NCBI GenBank assembly: GCA_964057225.1
Contig: OZ059898.1
Coordinates: forward strand, 10,602,001 to 10,666,000
Source: Auanema rhodensis
Taxonomy: Eukaryota > Animalia > Nematoda
Direction of reading: 5' to 3'
DNA: 64,000 bases
The translations under genes and the position numbers were made by a program. The first letter of the stretch is position 1. Every line of letters starts with the position of its first letter. A model generated the notes under the pieces. The model worked only from the letters and a program-made list of their open reading frames with translations. It was not told where the DNA came from and made no database searches. Below, in pieces: positions 59,101 to 64,000 of the stretch.

Positions 59101-59400
59101 TTTTGTTAATCGGTTTGTGTTAAGCTGTTGCTCCTTCTTCTTTTGTTCTCTCAGTTTTCCTAGGCATCTGACCTATAGACATGAGTCGTACGGTCTGAGC
59201 ACAGTAATCACTTATTTGATAGAACGGGTTTGACCTTACTCTTTGTGTCACCGTACCTAGTCAAACCAAGAAGTGATTGGCTTCGAATTGCAATTTTCAA
59301 GCTGAAAACTCAAGATCATAACTCTTATAATTGAGCACATTCTTAACTAAAAACCAATTCAAAGCTAACTCTGGAGTTAAAAAAAAAAAAAAAAAAAAAA
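56148..59400 (+). mobile_element. CR1/L2-like LINE: end of ORF1, APE-RT ORF2, 3' UTR and A22 tail
   Basis: ...SKNFR* followed by ORF2; poly(A) at 59379-59400; 5' boundary approximate. Confidence 0.9.
56201..59044 (+). pseudogene. LINE ORF2 (apurinic-like endonuclease plus RT) with frameshifts near 56275 and 56730
   Basis: NARS, DIICFNESWL, GGGVL, YRSP, GDFN, TRG...IDCV, SDH; RT motifs YRPISL, GVPQG and YADD. Confidence 0.93.
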
Positions 59401-59498
59401 GCAGCTACCGAAAGGTTAATTTTAATGTTCTTATCTTAATTTAACCTCACACCTTCCTTGTAACCTGTGGTCAGTTGTGTTGAATAAACTTAACTTAA

Positions 59499-62400
59499 TT
59501 AATTATACAATAGTAGCCTTGCATGAGCGGTTGTATAGGCCGCAATAGCTACATTTGTAAAAGGCGGTGGTGCCAAATGTGAATCCTCTGGTACTGTTGT
59601 GCAGTACGCAACATTATCCACAATTTTGAACCCAGTGAATTCCCTTGCAGGATCAGTAATGATCCTACCAATTTCTGGGTCCTCAACACCAATAATCTTG
59701 GTTTGGGCTTTATCAGGTCTTTGACCCATTTTACCCCAGACACTATAAGCAAATTTGTAATGTATTGTTTTAAAAAGTTTACAAACCTATTTAGCTGCAG
59801 TTTGGCAATGCTACGCATGGCAGCATTCTTTTCAATTTTATTGCTCTCCAGAGCAACACCAGTGTTCTCCTCGTGTTCTTGGAGATAAATCACCTGTAAA
59901 ATTCTATTTAATGTGATACTTTTATTAAAACATACCTTTTCTTCCTCTGTCATGTTTGGCTTTGGCCAGCCCGACGCCTCTTGTTTAATTTTTATGTACT
60001 TTTGTACAAACTCTTTAAACAGGCCGCCTTGTTGCCATTCTTCCCAGTGCCACACCTCATGCACATGAAGCACTTTATAGCCACGTTGTATGGCACACTC
60101 GAGCTCAACATGTGTCACGGTTAGATGCAGCTTTCGAGCATTTACATCATTTTGGTGCTCACATGCTACATTTTTACTTTTGACTGCACAAGTGCGGCAG
60201 TTTGTAAAAATTAGTTTACCGCCAATACGTGTACCTAATACAGGGTACAGCAAATTTGTGGGTGCAAGCACGTCACATTTTACTAGACCCTTGTATGGGC
60301 AGCATGTCTCAAAGCTTTTGAAACCCTCAGTAATCACTTTGGGATTACCTACAGGGTAGTAGGCATCAAAGGCTGTGACATATGGATATAGTGAACAAAA
60401 GTCCACACACTCGAGCGAGTATCTATCCGAAGCTTGTGCCAAAAGCTTATATGTCTGGGTGCGGCCACCGGTAAAGGCATCTCTAGGTGCCAAGCGTGTA
60501 ACAACATTTGTTTCACGCATAAATTTCGCCATTTCTTCATTGGCCGAAATTTGAGCATTAATTTCGTGCTCCCACACTGTGGTAACACTAATGCCTTGGC
60601 TTTGAATTGCTTGAAGCCTTTTCATGGTTTTATCATAAACCTAAATTTTTAAAATTAAAATGATTAAAAAAGTCACAATTACCTCTTCCATTGTTTCACC
60701 ATTTCTGCCTGGTGCTATAGCGCTCTTGTTGGTGCACTGGGGGCAACCATGGTAAATACAACCAGTAATCTACAAAAACTTGAATTTTTTACATTTATCA
60801 CAAATTACTCACCTCATAGCCATGATTGGCAACGGGGTCATAAGCATCGAGTAGATAGCGATGGCCATCTACTCTCACTGCAAATTCGCCACCATTAAGC
60901 TTATGCATTAATGGGCGCCCCAATCCTTGTTCTAGCCATTTTATATACTTTATGGCTATTATACTCTGCTTTTGACCAGCATAATAACCAGTCTCGGGCA
61001 GAATACCCACTTGGTTCTCTTTAATATGATTCATTTTCAACTGTAATATACTAGTTTTGAAAATGCTTGTATTTGAAAAAACTTGCCTGGAATAAAGAGA
61101 AACTGGCAAATGTCATACATTGTATGACAGGGTTCCAGCCAGTGGTGGCGGTTGCCAACTTCATGTAAACTTTCATACAGTTGGTTAAAATACGGACATC
61201 TGTCCTACAATATTCCAAAAGCTCTTCATCAAAATCAAACGCTCTTTGATTACGCTCTTCATACCAAATATTGAATGAAGCTAGGTCTTCTGCTTTCATT
61301 CTAGCAGTACAATAGTACTGTTTTGGTAGTAAAGATGGTAACACTTTGCCATAATTTATTGGATGGTTAAAGAGGTAAGGAAACTGTCCTTTACTCATAT
61401 CAGGTACACCAAATGCCTTGGGTAACGCTGATAGGGGTAAAGGCACTAATAAATAACTATCTTTAAAATATAAATGATTAAATTTTTGACCTCTTAAAGG
61501 CTTGACAACCATGCTTATAATCTTGGTCCCATTTAAAATTGGATTAGGATATATACCACGGTTTATCAGCCTAGACACCAAGAAATGTATGTCAAAGCGT
61601 GAACCATTATGCGCAATCAAAATTGCATTATCATTCTCAACAGAGTTGAGTAACCAATCAAGGAAACAATCTGTTACAGACCATTCACTATCACCTTGTT
61701 GATACCCAAAATGGCCCTCCTTGGTTGTGCATTTTTCGCATGAATTGGCGTCTATACAACTTTCACAAAATTTGTTATACACAACCATATTGGGCCATTG
61801 TTCATCTGCATATTCATGAACATTTGTACCGCTTTTTAACACAACCATTTCAAAGTCATAGAAAATAATCTTAAACAAGTGAGCATTACACTTGTAAAGA
61901 TGTTAAATACAAACCTTGTATTTCTCTTGCCTCTTTTTTAACTGATCCTTCTTCTTGTCGTTAGGTGGTACCCAACAACAAGAATGATCTTCAGGCTTTG
62001 TTTGCCCACACTTTTTGCAAAATTTCTCATTGCAATTGTGCGGTCTATCAGCACGTACTCTGTGATAATGATCACAGTTTTCACATGTCTGAATTTAGTC
62101 ATGTTAAATTTTATATATATTTTTTAAATTACCTTAAACATTCGACATGTTTTTCTAATATGCCTGTCAAAGCATTGACGAGTTTTGAACAAAACTCTAC
62201 AACTATCACATCTTATGCTACTCTCAACCACATTTTCCATCGAATTACATTTTAAGGTGTGGCATTTCTTACACTTGGCTTTACATCTATGCAACACTGT
62301 TTTGTAAGATAATTTACAGTGTTGGCATATAATACCATCAAAAATCTGTGATCTACTACAAGTTGTAATACAGTCATAATGATTATTTCGGTAGCCTAGT

Positions 62401-63971
62401 GTTACCACTTTGCTAGCCGTTTCATTAAAGATACGCTGAATAGCGTACATACGCTGTCCAGGTGGCCTAGCGTATACTACAAACTTATAGTCTGTATTAC
62501 AACTTGCAATAATATTTAAATGGTTCAAATTATAATTTGGTAAATGTACAGAAATACCACACCTATTCAATAAATTGATATGATGTGGTTGATTTGGCAA
62601 CAAGATGTAGTTGCGACGAAGATTTTGAATCCTCCGCTTCTCAACAACATCTTCTGCTGTCTCTTCATCGGCTCTCCACATTCCCACAACTGCTGCTCTA
62701 GCCAGGCAATGAGTGTCAGTGTTTTCAATTGTGCCAGGTATTTTGAGTTCGGCATCAAAATAGAAACCAACTCTACCTTCACCAGGCATCAGGCTTGGCT
62801 GCACCGGTCTTTCATCAAACACATACATTTCAATATTCATTGCCTGGCTAATTACAGCCTCTCGCTTTGATTGCTGTACCTTGCTGATGGCATTCATGAT
62901 GGCAACGCCATCCAAATGCTCCCTTCTACGGAAATCCATAAATATGGATCCCTTTTCAAAGGATGGGTGCTCTATTGATAAACAAAATAGTGCTTTTTGT
63001 TTATCTGGCACACCACTTTCAGCAAGGCACCGATCAAGGAACTCATTAAATAGCCGCGGCATGACAACATGCATTGGCTCATTAATGTTTTCCAAATGTG
63101 GGAACGTGAGCGATCTAACGACCACGTTGGTAAACCGATCAGTGCGTTTTATGCGTCGGTGTGACCACTATAATACACACTTTTTATAATGGTTATTTAG
63201 TTTAGAAATTTAGTTTAAATATAAATAATTTTTGTTTATAACTTTTAATAAATTTACTTTTCTTTAAATTATTTTTATATTCTTTCATTAAAAATGAATG
63301 GCATTTGATTTTTAAATATAAAGTTTTTTCTTTTATAAACATTTGTTAATGTTTAAAAATAAATGAAAAGGTCAAGATGGTGTTTTATTATTTTACTAGT
63401 TCAAAATGTTTGAAATATTTATAATTTGTAAGAATTCAAAATTGGTTGAAAGAAAGATATATAGTGAGATGAAATGTAAAGATTTTAAAATGAATGCTGT
63501 TCAAAAGAATGAATATATAAGTTTCAAAATACTTGCAATTTGTTTGATAAAAGATATAGATTGAGATGAAATGTAAAGATGAGAGAGAGAGAATTTTATG
63601 AATGGAATTGAAAAAGAGAAATAAATTTCAAAATGTTTTCAAAATATGCAACTGGAGCAAGAGAAAATTTCATGTTTCAAAAGATATATCATGAAATAAT
63701 ATATAAATAAAAGATCGCACCTCTATTTTACAGACATCGTTGAATGTCGCTCCATATCCGACTTGCCCTCCACTGGTTGATGGGGTAGCGGGATCCCATT
63801 CGCTTAAAAAGAAAAAACTAAATGTTATAATTTTTAATATCGCTTACTCATCACTGTCATCCAAGGTTATTACTTCAATAACCCTTGATGATGAGGGCCC
63901 ACTGTTAAAAGTGGGTGATGTGGGCTCACAGAGCTCGATCCCACCAGCCTCGGTAAACTTTATACGTTTAC
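59499..63971 (-). pseudogene. Maverick protein-primed family B DNA polymerase (pPolB), intron-containing and 3'-truncated
   Basis: Exo motifs FYDFE, AHNGSRFD and YCRTDV; pol A DFCSLYP; pol B KLQLNSVWGK across an intron; stops after ARLLLYN, before motif C. Confidence 0.93.
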
Positions 63972-64000
63972 TAAAAAACAAAATATATTTAAAGATTCAA

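Larger units (their letters stand above)
46766..64000. mobile_element. Defective near full-length Maverick/Polinton; right TIR expected just beyond the window
   Basis: TIR from 46766, then integrase, ATPase, minor capsid, protease and pPolB; the window end matches sequence lying ~200 bp from the TIR in the 32875-33210 copy. Confidence 0.95.

Overview
AT-rich eukaryotic repeat locus, probably nematode (inferred from 42-46 bp spliceosomal introns and the element families present). No ordinary host protein gene is supported. (1) 1-26.6 kb: two oppositely oriented arms of a ~154-bp satellite carrying 14 embedded tRNA-Gly(GCC) genes or pseudogenes. The arms flank an 8.3-kb Maverick/Polinton fragment whose ATPase-minor capsid segment is tandemly amplified (~1794-bp unit). 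(2) 26.6-28.9 kb: a truncated Tc1/mariner (maT-like) element and a 5'-truncated CR1/L2-type LINE. (3) 28.9-46.8 kb: a cluster of Maverick ends (TIR terminus AGTAGAGAGCC). One TIR contains a young, intact 10.1-kb Ty3/Gypsy LTR element with apparently identical 381-bp LTRs, an AGCT TSD and a tRNA-Gln PBS. Its single ORF reads gag-ENV-pro-RT-RH-IN, with a class III-like fusion glycoprotein inside the polyprotein and a ~350-aa extra region bounded by furin sites. (4) 46.8-64 kb: a defective, near full-length Maverick (integrase, ATPase, minor capsid, C2H2 protein, adenain-like protease, intron-rich pPolB) interrupted by a second LINE; no major capsid gene is recognisable. All calls come from reading the sequence by eye; no searches were run.
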